Positions 11,832 to 28,659 of a DNA stretch of 64,000 nt are shown here, piece after piece. How positions within the stretch are numbered: position 1 is the first letter of the stretch; each line of letters starts with the position of its first letter. Below the pieces are notes generated by a model. That model did not search any database. It was given only the letters and a program-made list of their open reading frames with translations, and was not told the origin of the DNA. The position numbers and the translations under genes were made by a program. The stretch is taken from NCBI RefSeq assembly GCF_009914755.1, contig NC_060931.1; one strand, written 5' to 3'. This stretch comes from the human T2T-CHM13v2.0 reference genome, Homo sapiens.

Positions 11832-14036
11832 AAGAGGTTTAGTTGTGCTCCTGACCATTTGCCAGACCTGAGATGGTCATTCGGGAAGAAATCACACTCT
11901 TCCCATTGCCTTTTCTATATCACTGAAGTCTGGGATCTGTGTAAAAGGATCTGTATGGGTTAATGGGCTTTGTTACTGAGGTCACTGGGGCATCACCTCT
12001 AAAAGAGGGGACGTTTCCAGGGTGTTTGACTATTTGCACATATGCAATGGTAGGAGAGCCAATATAACAAAAAAGATCCAGAACTGAAGTAGTTCCAAAC
12101 AACGAACTTCAGTCAAAGAGCAAGAAACTCATATGCAATAATAACACTCATGGTGAACTATAATATTGAACTCCTTTGCAGATGCTCTTATTAATATGCT
12201 AGATAAAAGAAGCAGAAAAGAGGCTGGCATTTCCTGGATACCTACCATATGTAGGTATTACTGTCCTCATTTTCAAATCCTGCACTATTTTCTGAGATTT
12301 GAGGCCTGCTTAGATATACTTATGCTACTAATAAATGTTCTCATAAAGGAAGATTCACTAAGACTTACCTACATTTAGACTGACTAAACTCCTGAACTAA
12401 TGCATCATTGAAGTGGATCACTGGACCTCAGACAATGGATTTTTGATCCATGGATCTGGTCACCACTTGGGCCACATCTGTGACTACAGATGAAGGAAAA
12501 GAGATCATTTGGGAAACAGTTTTGCTTCTTTTACCTTCCAGTTTTTGTTATTGTTGAAATCTTTTATTGTATAAGTAATCTATTTTTATTATAGAAAAAT
12601 CAGAATATACAAAGAAACAAGATATTTTCATTATAAATTATTATAATTCAGCTGTTTTTCTTTATATTGCTCTTTTAACATTCATGGGCTGCTTTAATTG
12701 TTTGTCTTGAACTTCAGAGACAGAGGGTAAATTAGAAAACCAAAAATAGAACTCACATATCTTGAAATCCCATTTCTGTGAAATGCCACAGCTGTTTGGG
12801 TTGCCAAAACTCAGTCATTATTTACCCAGAATCTTAACTTGACCCACCATGCAGCTAATCCTGGAAGAAAACACAATAGCCCCTGGTTGTCTGTGGGGGA
12901 GACACAAGGCCCGAGATCATTTCCACACAGGCTTTGCTAACCAATCAAGAGGTATGAGTGAAGAAAAGTGGATTTCAGTCATGGAAACATGCACCCCTAG
13001 GTACTGGCAGGCTCATACTGGCTGGCATGATGATCTCTTACTTAAAGTGAGCCTCTCCACTTTACATTCAAAGAATGGTTTTATCTTCATATAAGTCCAA
13101 ACCGTATCAAGGCCTTCAATAGCCAATACCATGCACACAGTGAGCATTGTACACATGTCCTTTTGGGGAGCCAGTCTGTGATACAAAGGCTTGGGGAAAT
13201 GACTTAAACCCATCAAAATCATTCTCTGCCATCCAATTTGATAAAACACACCCTGACATACACACACATTGAACATTTGTATTGCTTCTTTCCAACAGCA
13301 CAAGCTTCACTCTTACTTTTTAACACACTCCTACTGTGTCCTGAGTGTTCAAATACTTACTTTTGGGTTTTTTGCTGCTTTGAATAGAGGGGAAGAGTCC
13401 ACACAGGCTCTTGGTTCTGTTCCTGGGAGGTCACAATGCAACCAGTCCTTGAAAAACATAATGTGTGCTCAAGCACTTGCATGTGTATTCTTTATTTCTG
13501 CTTCTAGAACCATCAGACTCCCCAGGAGGAACAAAAATCAGAAAAATTAATATATCTGCAGTCTCCCAAGAGTATAAGAGCCTGTTTCTCCATTTTTTCT
13601 CTTCAGAGGAAGCATTCAACTCTGAAGGGGTCCATTTAAACTTCCTGAAGAGAGCAAAATACTTGGGGACACATCAGTGCCACCTGCCCGTCCCTTGGCA
13701 AAGCAACGGCCCCATCCCTTATTCTCCTCCTCCAAGTCCTTTATTTTCTGATTCTCTCCTTTAAACTTACTTTGCCCTTATTTTCCTCAAAACTGGAAGG
13801 GTGAGAAGCATCGTCAAGTTAGCCAGACAAGACCATTCAATATTTTGTGGGTGCACCCCCTCAACTTCCTCAGCCAGGAAACTCTACTTACATTTTGTGT
13901 TCTCTTGGCCTGTTGCTCCTCCCTTTCCTGACCTCCAAACTCTGATCAGCCTCCAAGATCCAGATGAAAGGCCTAAGACCTGAAAGCATAACAGTGAAAC
14001 ACTGTTTAGAGTTGAGGTCAGGATGAAGATATATCA

Positions 14037-14215
14037 CAGGGACTGGCAAATAGTAAGTATTTCAGACTTTGAGGACCATACTCTGCTGTTGTAGCACAAA
14101 AACAGCCATAGGCAGCATGTAAAAAATGGTAGTAGCTGTGTTCCAATAAAACTTTAATAACAAAAACTGACAGTTGGCTGAATTTGGCCCAGAGACTATA
14201 GTTTATAGACCCCTG
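14037..14215. mobile_element. MER58A-like hAT-Charlie DNA transposon fossil
   Basis: Ends caggga... and ...gacccctg; internal gctgtgttccaataaaacttta. Confidence 0.75.
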
Positions 14216-14499
14216 CTCTATTGGGCTAAGCTGGTTTGGGGCCACACAGTCCCCATAAGTCTTCCATGGACTCTGGGCATGGGCCCACCTCCTAGCCGTC
14301 CATAGTGATGCTGTCTGGGCTCCACCCAGAACCCCTAGGATTCTTTCACCCCACTTCTGTGTACCCTGCCACCTGCTTCAAAAAGGTTTGGCCCCCACAC
14401 ATTTTGCACCTTCTGGAGGACTTCCTCCAGCTACCAAGTCACTTTGGTCTGCAAGAGCACAGAGCCCCAGGTGCCTGGAAGTTTATGTCCCCAAATCCC

Positions 14500-14740
14500 T
14501 ACCCCCCAGAGCTGGGAGGATGACTTCCCCAGCCCCCACAGCTCCTGGCCTGGGTACTTACTTCCAAGGCTCATGCATATTCCAGATGGAGGGACCAGGC
14601 TGCAGCCGCCCACCCTGGAAAATGACCTGGAATTGCTCCCTCACTTACCTTGCATCTCCACTCCCTTCCCAGGTTTTCCCAAAGTCCTTCCTTAATAAAT
14701 CGCTTACACCCAAATCCTCATCTGTGGGGAAGCTGACCTC
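14500..14740 (+). mobile_element. ERVL LTR fragment (LTR33-like)
   Basis: ccttaataaatcgcttacacccaaatcctcatct resembles the LTR33 3' end. Confidence 0.5.
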
Positions 14741-15096
14741 CGGCACCGTCTCAAAATGTTCTAAAAACCTCTTTCTTGCCTCCCTGAAGTGTTTGAAGAT
14801 CCTGGAACAGATGCTCAAACACAACCCTAGATTTATCCGGGGCCCAGGAACCCTGTGGGAAAGACCTCAAACCCGGCCCTCAATTGAGGTTCAAACACTT
14901 GCAGAAGGTTGAGATTAGAGTTCCCCTCAGGGACACAGATTAGAGGGAGAGGGGCTTTTGAGGGAAGATGGCTCTGAGTCAGGGGATCAGCAGAGCCCTG
15001 GGCAGCCATGACTGGGAGATCCTGTGAGTGCTGAGAAGGGAAGAGGCAGGAGAGAGCTGGGGCATTCCGGATTAAATAGTTCAGCACCCTTAGAAG

Positions 15097-15216
15097 CAGG
15101 GCCAGGCCTGGGTGATGCAAGCAAGGCCCACAAGGGACAAAATTTTTTAAGGAGTCACTCAGATATGCATAAAATTTAAATATGACATCCTAGCACCTCT
15201 CCCTTGTCACGGCCCT
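15097..15216. mobile_element. MER96-like hAT fossil
   Basis: cagggcc...gggtgatgcaagc...caaaattttttaaggag...cacggccct with degenerate inverted ends. Confidence 0.45.
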
Positions 15217-15429
15217 TCTCCAGGGGCTGGTTCCAAAATGGGGAAGGAGACTTCCTCCTGGCCAGAGAAGAGCTCCAGAAAGTCAGCTGCCTGGCAGAAG
15301 TTGGCAGCTTGAAAGTAACAGCAAGGGCAGTGGCTCTTGGGAAAAGGCTGCTCATCTGGTTGTGCCCCTCATGGGATGCTAGTGGATTCACCTCCTGGCT
15401 TTTCCTGGTGCCCTTCCTGGGTCATCAGC

Positions 15430-15793
15430 TTTTCTTGAACTGTATCCTTTGCCCAGAAAGTTCCTACTCCCTGGCCTTCTTGAAGTTTTTGCTCAAATCT
15501 CATCTTTTAAGTGGCTTACGAGGGCCACCTTAATTAATATTGCTATCTGCACCACCACCTCCTAGCACTTCCTAAACCTATAACCTACTCAACATTTTTA
15601 TAGCACTTGTAATCATCTTATACGCTACGTAGTTTAACTATTTAATATATTTGTTGTTTATTATCTGCCTCTTCCTAATTAGAATATAACCCCCTCAAAG
15701 TCAGCAATCCTTGTTTGATTTATTTTTCATAAGCCCCAAAACAGTGCCTGGCCCAATAAACATTTGTTGCCTGAATGAATGAATGAATGAATG
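15430..15793 (+). mobile_element. L2 3' end
   Basis: cagtgcctggc...aataaacatttgttg followed by a (TGAA)n tail. Confidence 0.75.
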
Positions 15794-15814
15794 CAGTTTT
15801 GGAACATACTGGTG

Positions 15815-15980
15815 TAGGGTTGCCAGATTTAGCAAATAAAAACACTGGACACCCAGCTGAATTTGAATTTCAGATGAATATTTCATGCAATATTTCAGGC
15901 ATATTTATAATAAAAATGTTTCATTGTTCATCTGAAATTCAAATATAATTGGGAATCTTGTTTTTTACCTGGCAACCCTA
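15815..15980. mobile_element. MER53 palindromic hAT element
   Basis: TIRs TAGGGTTGCCAG / CTGGCAACCCTA; degenerate 8-bp TSD tactggtg / tgctggtt. Confidence 0.85.
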
Positions 15981-15999
15981 TGCTGGTTGCAACTACAAC

Positions 16000-16215
16000 A
16001 ATAATAGTTACCATTTGTTGACTGCACAATTGCAACAGGCCAGGCACTGTGTAAAGGGTATTGCCCACATTTAATCTATAAAACAACTCCAGAAGATACT
16101 AGCTTCTTTCTTTTGCAGAAAAGGCAACTGAAGCAGAGTGAGTGTAAGTTCCTAGCCCAAAGTCTCACAGCTAGCAAGAGGGTGAATGAAGATACAAGAC
16201 CAGGTCTGTCTGGGC
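16000..16215 (-). mobile_element. MIR
   Basis: ccaggcactgtg...aactgaagcagag...cccaaagtctcacagctag core. Confidence 0.7.
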
Positions 16216-16657
16216 TGCAAGGCCTAAGAGCAGTTTCTCCTGGATCTAAGTGCCCGTGGCATTGCCCAGGCACTCCTCTTGTGACACTTCTCCCTCTTTC
16301 TTCCCAGCATCACTGTGTTTCTCCCAGCACCTGCCACAGTGGCTTTTTACCCTTCTAGTCTAATCCCAGTGGAACAAAGCATGAGAACCCAAATTATAAG
16401 TGGAAACCCTGGAGCTGCCACCGTGCTTCCTTCAGCTGCAGATGCTCATGGCCAGTCCCTCCTTGCCCAGACCTCTAAGAGAAAGGAGGCATCTGGCCAG
16501 CTTGAGAGATGATGAATGTCCAGAATCCAAATGATGACAATTTTTCTCAGAAAAACTATCATAAATGATACCAAAATGGTTCAGCCTTTCTCTCTAAACC
16601 AAAGAGAGTGAGAAGGAAATTTTGATCCCTTGTCTGTGATTTGGAGGCTCTCCATGT

Positions 16658-16994
16658 TGTTGCAAGACTTTACTTCAGCTAAAGACTGGGTCCTTGTCCC
16701 ATGGCCATGAAAATTTAGGCTCACAGATGATTTGAAGGGTGAGAATAATGGGATTTATTAGGCAAAAAGGAAAAAAGGGGGAACAGGGACTCTCTGCAAG
16801 GCCAGAGTTCCTGCTAGTGTAGGCTTCCTGCCTCACAGATTGAATTCCAGGTACCACCCAGGAAGAGGAGGGGCCCAGCTCCTCCCCGCTGCAAATGGCA
16901 TGAACTTCTGTGGCTCTATGCCAGTGTGCATTCCTCCCAGTGCGCAGGTTGGTCAGAGGCTCTGCCAGGGAGCCCTTTCCACCTGGCTGTCTCA
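16658..16994 (-). mobile_element. ERV1 solo LTR (MER61-like)
   Basis: TG...CA ends (minus strand starts TGAGACAGCCAGGTGG), internal AATAAA on the minus strand, perfect 4-bp TSD ATGT (16654-16657 / 16995-16998). Confidence 0.85.
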
Positions 16995-17104
16995 ATGTGA
17001 GATGAAATGTCTATTTTGGTACACTTTGGATGAGGTGTTGTTAAGGACAATAGGAACAGACTTGACTTCCATTAAATATCAATAAATAAAAAATTAAAAT
17101 TTAA

Positions 17105-19853
<2,749 letters not shown>

Positions 19854-20039
19854 TAAAATTTAATTATTCATTAATTATTTAAGTAAATATGTATTAATTG
19901 ATTGTTTAATTAATAAAAATAAATTTATGATTTATCAGTATTTATAATTATTTATGAGTATTTTATGTTACTCGAGTAACATGTTACTCATTTGACTCTT
20001 ATTTATATATTGCTTTTTGTGAAAAGTAAAGTTTAATAG

Positions 20040-20417
20040 TGATTATAAACTCAAACGCTCACAAGGCTGGAAAGTAATGTATATGAGAAAAATGGACCCA
20101 GGAGAACACTATAAACACAAGGATAAAAAGTACCTGACACTTGGCCTCAATGTCAGAGACAATAGGGAGTGGTGGAGAATGTAGTGAACAGGAGAATGCA
20201 TGCCTTATCGAAAGGACATAGCCGTGGCTCAGCTCTGACCTATTGTTGCTGTGTGGGAAGGTAGAGCCAGTGCTGTCAGACCTTTTAGTTTTCCCAGAGA
20301 GGCTGAAAATCTTTATTTTTGTGTGAATTCTCCTAATTTATAAATATTGGCAACAGTTTTTTAAATTTAAATAAACAGAAGAAAATCTATCTAAACACTA
20401 CTGGTTTGTAACCTCTG
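20040..20417. mobile_element. MER102-like hAT-Charlie fossil
   Basis: caatagggagtggtgg...ctcagctct...ttgttgc...atattggcaac motifs. Confidence 0.65.
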
Positions 20418-20914
20418 AATATAAAAACTAGACAATTCATAAATCATGACATCCAGCATCCTTTAAGTAATTTGTTTATATGTCCATGGGCTCAACTCTG
20501 TGGTGGCAGAGACCATGTCTTATTCATTTTTTACTGTCCAGCACCTACACTGGGTATATGCTAATGATTAACAAATGCTAACTGAGTTGAAGTACAATAC
20601 AATCATCAGGGTTGGTCCTTTAGTGCCTGTGGTTCTTGGGGACTACTAGGAAAAAACCCATGGGCATGGACTCCAGATATGTGGGAAAATCTGCTGACCT
20701 CATGATGCACACCACCACCCCAGGGGAGCTTAAGTGGCATCTCAATTCCAGCTCAGGATCTTCTCTAACTCTTTCCAATTTAACCCCCTTACCCACAACT
20801 TCTAATATCAGTGACATCAGTCTTGCATAATTATCAGAGCCTTTATCAAGAAGAGGAAAAGGGAAGACCTGGATATCTTATTATTGACAGATTAGAAACA
20901 TTTACTAATACACA

Positions 20915-23390
20915 TTGATACACTTTCTGGTATATTTAGGCCATTCACATTTAAAGTTATTATTGACAGGTGGATTAGTATTGACCACATTTCTAACTGT
21001 TTTTGGTAACTGTTTTCTATATTACTCTTGTTCTTTGTTTCTTTTCTTTGTTTTTTTTTTGTCTTCCCCTCTTTTTCTGCCTCCTCTAGTTTTAAGTGAC
21101 CATTTTATACAATTCCATTTTCTCTCCTGTCTTAGCATACGAATTATACTTCTTTGTAATTTATTTAGTGTTTTCCCTAGAGTTTATAATATATATTTAC
21201 AATTAATGCAAGTCTACTTTCAAATAATACTGCTTTACAAATAGTCCAAGCGCCTTATAACTGGGTATTCCCAACTCTTCCCTTCCCTCCCTTATAACAT
21301 TGCTATCAGTCATTTCACTTATTCATAAGCTATAGTTTGCTGCAAAAGTGATTGTTGTTTTTGCCATTACTTTTAATTATAAAAGTAATTAACTAAAAGC
21401 AATCACTTGTGCACCAACATAATATAATAACTGGCTACATTGTTATTATTATTTTGAGGAAATTATTGTTAGATCAATTAAGAATAAGAAAAATATTTTA
21501 TTTTTCCTTCATTTTTTTCATTTTCTAATGCTCTTTTGTTACATAGAGTGGAGTTTCTGACCTATGTTATTTTTCTTGTCTCTGAAGAATTATTTCAACA
21601 TTTCTTGCAAGGCAGGTCTGCTGGTGACAAATTCCTTAAATTTTTGTTTGTCTGAGAAAGTTTATTTCTTCTTCACTCTCAAAGGATAATTTCACTGCAT
21701 CAAGAATTCCATGTTGGTGGTTTTCTCTTTTGACTCTTAAAATATTCATTTCACTCTCTTTTCACTTGCTTCAATTCTGATGAGACGTTTGATATAATCC
21801 TTATGTTTGCTCCTCTCTAAGTAAGGTGTTTTTTCCTCTGGTTGCTTTCAAGATTTTCTCTCACTGATTTTCTGAAGTTTGAATATGATTATGGCCACAA
21901 TGTCAAGGGCAATTGATTATGCCTACAGATTTTTAGTATTTATCCTCCTTATGTTTGTAGTTTCATGGATCTGTGGTGTTCTGTTTGTCATTAATTTTGG
22001 AAATTTTTCAGCTATTCTTACTTCAGATTTTTTTTGTTCCTTTCTTTCTTTCCTTCTGATATTCCCATTACACATGGGTTGCACCTTTTGTCATTGTCCT
22101 ACAGTTCTTGGATCCTCTGTTCCATTTTTTTTTGTTCCTTTTTCTCTTTACCTTTCAGTTTGAAAAGTGTCTGTTGACACATCTTCAAACTCACTAATTC
22201 TTTCCTCAGCCATGTCCAGTCTACTGACTAGCCCATCAAAGGCATTCTTCATTTCTGTTACAATATGTTTTATTTCTATCATTTTCTATTGATTCTTTCT
22301 TTGTGTTTCCATTTTTGCTTACATAACCCATCTCTTCTTGCAAGTTATCCACAATTTTTATTAGCGCCCTTAGCATATTCATTATGATTATTTTAAATTC
22401 CAGATCTGATAATTCTAAAATATCTGCCATAAGTAAATTTCGTTCTCATACTTACTGTGTGTCTTCTTTGTTTTGTTTTGTTGCCTTTCACCATGGCTTG
22501 TAATCTTTTGTTGAAAGCCAGACATGATGTATCACATAAAAAGAACTGAGGTAAATGGGCCTTTAGTGTGAGGTTTTGTGTTTTTCTGGCTAGAGTATAG
22601 GCAGTATTGACTGTTTGCCATAGCTGTGGTGTCAGAGGCCAAAATTTCCCCTGATGTCCCCGTTTTTGTCTCTCCTGTTGTCTTTATGTTTTCCTGGAGA
22701 CTGTCTCTTAAATAAAGTCTGAGATTTGTAGTTCTTTCCATTATGATCGCTTGTTATTATACAGGGGCCTGTTGGAAAAGTGTTCTTTAATCCTACGATT
22801 AGATCTCAGGCTTTTAGTGAGCCAAAGTTGAGTTTATCCCTTGTCCCACATTAAAGGCTAGAGGAGGCTGGAATTGGGTATTTGCCTTCCTTTTCCCCTA
22901 GTTGGTTAGGGTCTGGTAAAACAGTTTCCCTTGAGGGTACGCATTGTTAAGGAGAACAAAGATGTCTGAGCTATTTCCAAATGATTGCTCTCCCCCTCTC
23001 CCAGCAAGAAGCATAAGGGATTTTTCTCCAATCTTCACAGTAGGAGTCTACTGGGGATCCTGGAGGTAAAACTCAAGATAGTATGTCCCCACAAGATTGG
23101 GAATTTTTTAACTCTCAAGCTCCTCCATACTGAGCCTCCAGCAATTTATCTATTACAGTTTAAAGTGTTCTCACTGATACTGGTTCCACTGCAGGCTCTG
23201 CTCTGGTAATTCTCTGTATCCACCTGTCTCTCCAGTTCTCAGGGCAACAATTTTCCCTGTGACCTCAACTCTCTGATGGTTCTTGGGAGAGTTGCTAATT
23301 TTCAGTTTCTTCAGCATTTTTCTTATAAAAATGAGAGTAACAAGTTCCAAGCTCTTTACATGTAGAACTGGAAACTAGAAATCAGCACAC
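20915..23390 (-). mobile_element. Old L1M 5' region (ORF1 and 5' UTR), antisense
   Basis: T-rich L1M motifs (ttttgtttgtctgagaaagt, aaggataatttcactg); minus-strand ORF 22236-22430 resembles the ORF1p coiled-coil start. Confidence 0.75.
21333..21422. mobile_element. MADE1 mariner-derived MITE
   Basis: tgcaaaagtgattg...ttttgccattactttta...gcaatcacttgtgcaccaac matches MADE1 TIRs. Confidence 0.8.
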
Positions 23391-23584
23391 TTCTTACTAA
23401 AAATCAGTAGAAGTTTCAGATAAACCCAGGACAGTATTTTGACATCAATTTATACTCATTCAAATATATTAATGTCATTGACAAGATCCAGCATTCAAAC
23501 ATCAATTCCTGAGTTCAATAAATCCCGTATGGTTGATACATATACCTTAATTTCAAATCAAAGGATGATGTTGTGGGATAATAT

Positions 23585-23745
23585 AAGGTTTGAAGTCAGA
23601 AGGCTTGAGTTCAAATCCTGGCTTTGTCACATATGAGCTGTGTTACCTTGGGCAAGTATCCTAGCTCACTGAGTTTATTTCCCAATCTGTTAAGTAGAGC
23701 CAATAAACAGTAGCTTTACAGATGATAAAATAATAAAATTCACAT
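23585..23745 (+). mobile_element. MIR
   Basis: gagttcaaatcctggct...gctgtgttaccttgggcaagt core. Confidence 0.75.
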
Positions 23746-23910
23746 AAAATCAATATATAAAAATGAAGTACTCTCCTATAAATATCTAATTAATAGAAAT
23801 AAGGAGTTTTCTTCCTTATTCGTAATCCTCTTTGTAATGTCTCTTTAATCTCACAAAGGTAGATATACGGAGCGGCATTAAATACTGTTAAGGGATTTAA
23901 ACACGGTTCT

Positions 23911-24121
23911 TTTTTCTTTTGTTTTTTTTTTACTATTATACTTTAAGTTCTAGGGTACATGTGCACAGCGTGCAGGCTCATTACATAGGTATACATGTGC
24001 CATGCTGGCCCACTGCACCCATCAACCGATCATTTACATTAAATATTTCCCCCATGCTATCCCTCCCGCAAGACCACCATGACAGGCCCCAGTGTGTGAT
24101 GTTCCCCACCCTGTGTCCAAG
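23911..24121 (-). mobile_element. Short L1PA 3' end
   Basis: tatactttaagttctagggtacatgtgcac; TSD AAACACGGTTCT / AAACACAATTCT. Confidence 0.92.
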
Positions 24122-25533
24122 AAACACAATTCTTTTTTCAAAAAAAAAATTGCACAGAATATTAGAGCTAGAAAAACCACAATAGAAGGGAAGATAGTTG
24201 AACTTTCTAAAAATTAATTTAGGTCCGCAAGGAAAAAATACGCAGAACCAAATAAAAGACTCCTGGGACTACCTTTTCCCCAAGGATAGTAGTCATGTCA
24301 CCTCTAGGGATGCCCTCAATGAGCTTTGGTCAAAATAAAACCATAGAACACTGTCACATGAACTGCTGCTAGTCAGCTCACTACCTCATGAAATTGATGT
24401 ATGTGTTTAATCCAAATGCAGATTTTAGTTGGTTTCGGTCCATATCCTAGCCTGCCAAGGTATTTCTCAGTAATGGTTTTGTCAATTAACAAAAACACCT
24501 GCTTGCTCTTAAAGTTTGAGGCCAACTTTTTTTTTTTTTTTTTTTTTTTTCAAAACAGAAAAAACAATTTAATCTAGGTTAGAATTGTTCAGGAGTAGGG
24601 TAGGAAGACCCCAAGGGATGGCTGGAATACCAGAGTGAGTTCATAGTCTGCTTTCCAGCCCTAGAGGAGACCAAGGTGAGGAAGTCAAGCTGTGCTCAAG
24701 GCTAGAGAAGGCAGTCATTGGTGCTTTTATCACATGGCCCCTCATTGAACCAGAGACCAACTTTTTGTAGATCCTAAGTAGATGCCTTCAGGCACAAGTT
24801 ACAGAAATCATTTCTGACTCTCTTGAGTAAAAAGGGAAAATGTATTGAGAGGGAATTGGGAAGTACAGGAAACACAAGTATCTTTCAGTAGAAATAGTCA
24901 ATTTAAGATACTTTCACCACCATCATCCCATGCTACTGCCCTTGCCCCAAGATATTGATACTGCCTCCATCTTGAATCGACACTAAAATCTCTTTGCCTT
25001 GTTTGGATTTGCTCAAGAGAGCATCTGATAGGCCAAGACTCTGCCACATTCTTGGAACTCAGAAAGTAGGGAAAGAAAAAACTCTTCTGATAACCTCTCA
25101 CCATGAGTAGTGAGAGGCTGGATGCTACCCACTATATCATGAAAACCACACATGATGGGGAAGTCTCCTAAAAGAGCAGCTAAAGTTGAACACTGGAAAG
25201 TCAAAAAAGATCATAGTTCACCATAAGGGGGGGGCATTTTTATTTTTCAAAATGTTTTGGAATAGCATAAAGCAAAATTGATATTCGGAGGCTATATATT
25301 GCTACAGGTATATCTGTTGGTTATAACTATCATCTGTTTTGACTGGCCTGTGTTATAAAATATTTTCACTATCAACCTGCATTTAAATGCATAAGAAGCA
25401 GATTTAATTAAATAATATGGATGAAAGTGGTAATATAATCTTGTGTCAAATAAAAAAGTGGGATTATGAAGCAATGAGACCAATTTTCTGGTGTGATTTA
25501 TGAATAAGCTGTAAGGGTAATTTCAACAGATGA

Positions 25534-25899
<366 letters not shown>

Positions 25900-27989
25900 T
25901 AGCATTGGAATAAAGAGGCTATGGTGATGGACAGCTTGGTTTTGGTTTTTGTTGTTGTTGTCTGTAAATGCTGACATATTCGTTTAGGAATCAGTCTTTT
26001 TACCTCACAGTCCCAAAATGTACCACATACAACAAACCATCCTTCATGTACAAAGACAAAATAACTGCTCCTAGACATGAACTTTTCTAAGAACAGCAAC
26101 AGGTAACTTGGGATAGGAAAGTGAGTAAAAGAAAGGTCTCTTTCACAGGGTAGTTATTGTGTTCAAATAGCTGAGTGTCCAAGCCAGCAAGAGAGAGTTT
26201 CAAGGAAAAACATCAGAATAAATAACATGGGCATGTATGCAATGAACCAAAAGGATCTACACAAAGAGGAAGACAAACTGGACTTGCAAGACAAAATTTT
26301 AAGAAGAGACAACCATAGGCATAGGATGGCAAGGAGAGGAAAGAAATGGAGCAATCAAAATGAGTCAACACAAAATCTACAAAGAAAAGCAGAATTATAG
26401 ATCTTACGGCTGAAAAAAACACAACCCCCTAGGGCCATAGAAAGCCCCTGGTGAAGGCGGTACTGCTCACTGCACTAAACCCTTCCATTTTTCATCTGTT
26501 TGGCTCTGAACACCCAGAAAAGGCCTCTATCTACAAACCTCTCCACACTCCCCAGTGTTAGAAGTTGGATCCTTAGAGCTGAAAAGTTTCCCTGGGTCTG
26601 ACAAGGCTCATTATCCCTTGCTGTACTTTTAACCACAGTCAATAACGTGTCCCTTTCCCTTCCGTTATTATTCCTCAGTATTTATAGATGCATCAATGGT
26701 TTCTTTCCTTCAAAATGTGCATATTCAATTCCCTCGATCCCAGCTGCCTTCAAAATGTATGATTTTGAAAAGTGTGGGAAGGAGAGAGAAACAAAGGTTA
26801 TCTTTATGAAACTTTGCATATCCCCAGCCATCAATGTCTCCTCAATAATGAGAAAGGCCAACCTGGACCAGGCATTTAGTCCCCTAAGTGGGCACATCTA
26901 TCAGCCTTCCCTGCACATTGATTAGTTGATTGATTTTTAAGATTTATAGAAATGCACTCACTGCCAAGTTCTCTGGGCACCTCTACGACAGTAACATTAA
27001 GCAACATAAAGAGGTGGACATTCCTTGTCCCAAAGGCTTCCTCTTACCCTTCAAGAGTTTTTTAAATGCACGTTAAAAGGTAGACTTTCTGCCATGCACC
27101 GAAGGTCATCCAAAAAAGGTTTGCTAAGGGATCAAAAGGAAAAAGTTTCCGATGTCATAACAAGCTTAGACAAAAAGCCCTCTCTCCAGCCTTCAGAAAA
27201 TCAAAGAATCATGATCTTGGGAAAGACCTTAAAAACCATTACTGACAGTTCCCACTACACCCGTGGTGTAGTGACGGTTTTCACTGGTCCACATGAAGTT
27301 AGAAAACAGAAAAAAGCCAACATAGCAAGTTTTCTTAAAAGTTAACTCAATTTAAGGAATTAATTATTATTCTGAGATAATATCCTTCCTAATTTTGGTA
27401 TTAAAATATATTTTATTGCATAAAATGATGGTGATAGTAGTTGGTAGTTATTTTAAATAATATCTTTACTTAACAAAGCAACAAATTGGCAAGATATCTA
27501 TGTTAATTCCCAAAATTCCCTTTGAAATGTTATTGGTCAATGAAATTCAAACTCTAGAAACCGCTAGATTTTGTAGATAGGAAAACTGAAGCTCCAGAAG
27601 GCTGAGTGACCACGAAGGTCCCCAGCCCGTTAGTAAGACGGTGTGCATGAAGAGACAGACCTCCTAACTCCCACTACTCCGTGCTGCCTCTTCCAAAGCT
27701 CCAGGGCTCTGAAAAGTCCACCTCAGCCCTCAGTAGTGGATATTTGTCATTTCTTGACACTCCAATTCAGAAATTTTTCCTCTTTGAGGAATTTCTCCTC
27801 ACTGTTTAGGTCTTGGTGGGAGGTAGATTCTGACACTTCCATCTAAACCTGACACGCTCAAGATACTGGACAACTGCAGTAAGAAAGAAAGAGCTGGCAT
27901 AGGCACAATAATGCAAAGGATTATGGAAAATCTAAGAAATGTGTCTAGAAAGGAATCGTGGGTATGGCAACATGGAACTGACATAAATC

Positions 27990-28092
27990 AACATGTGAGA
28001 AATGGACATCTCTGTGTTGCAATAAAAACTTTATTTACAAAAATAAGTGTCGGCCTGGATTTGGCACACCCGCTGTAGTTTGCTGACTCCTG
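27990..28092. mobile_element. MER58A-like fragment
   Basis: caataaaaactttatttacaaaaa...ggatttggc...gtagtttgctgactcctg. Confidence 0.7.
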
Positions 28093-28659
28093 AACTAGAT
28101 TTTTAAAAAGCCTAGTAAGCTTTGAGGGCACCGGTACAGCCAAGGAAACCACAGCCCAGACTAGAAACGTCTGTGACTAACAATTTGAGACATAAAGCAA
28201 CTCTACCTGCACTGCTGCTCCACAGAGTTCTGCTCTCATTGTGTGTTCTCTCCCTGGTGAGCTTCATCAAAGCTCCTTTGGTTGCAAGAAACAGAACCCA
28301 CTTGAGCTCGATTGGATGCAAAAAGGAAGAATTAATTACAAGGACACAGGGGAATGCCCCAGAGCTCAAGAGCTAAAGGGAGTTAGGATCTTCATACATT
28401 TCTCACTCCCTCTCCCCTGGCCCTATCTCTCCCTCCCCTTCTCTCTGCACATGCTGATTCAGTTCTGCCTCTATGCAACAGCTTTCTTTGCCCTTATGTG
28501 AATATTATGGACCATGATCCTTAGGTCTGATCAGCTGTGACTGGCAAAGCACAGTCAACATGACACGAACTTGGACTCTGGGCTCTCCCCTTGATGGTGA
28601 GGCAGTTTCGTGGTGGCCAGCAGGGACTGAGCTGGGTAGAGAACTGTGAACATATCCTA

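Noticed and set aside
12446-12457. 12-bp palindrome GATCCATGGATC
   Set aside because: Several palindromes of this size are expected by chance in 64 kb.
14388-14912. 174-aa ORF
   Set aside because: Non-ATG start, overlaps an LTR fragment, no recognisable domain.
15080-15100. REST/NRSE left half TTCAGCACC
   Set aside because: The right half (GGACAG) is missing.
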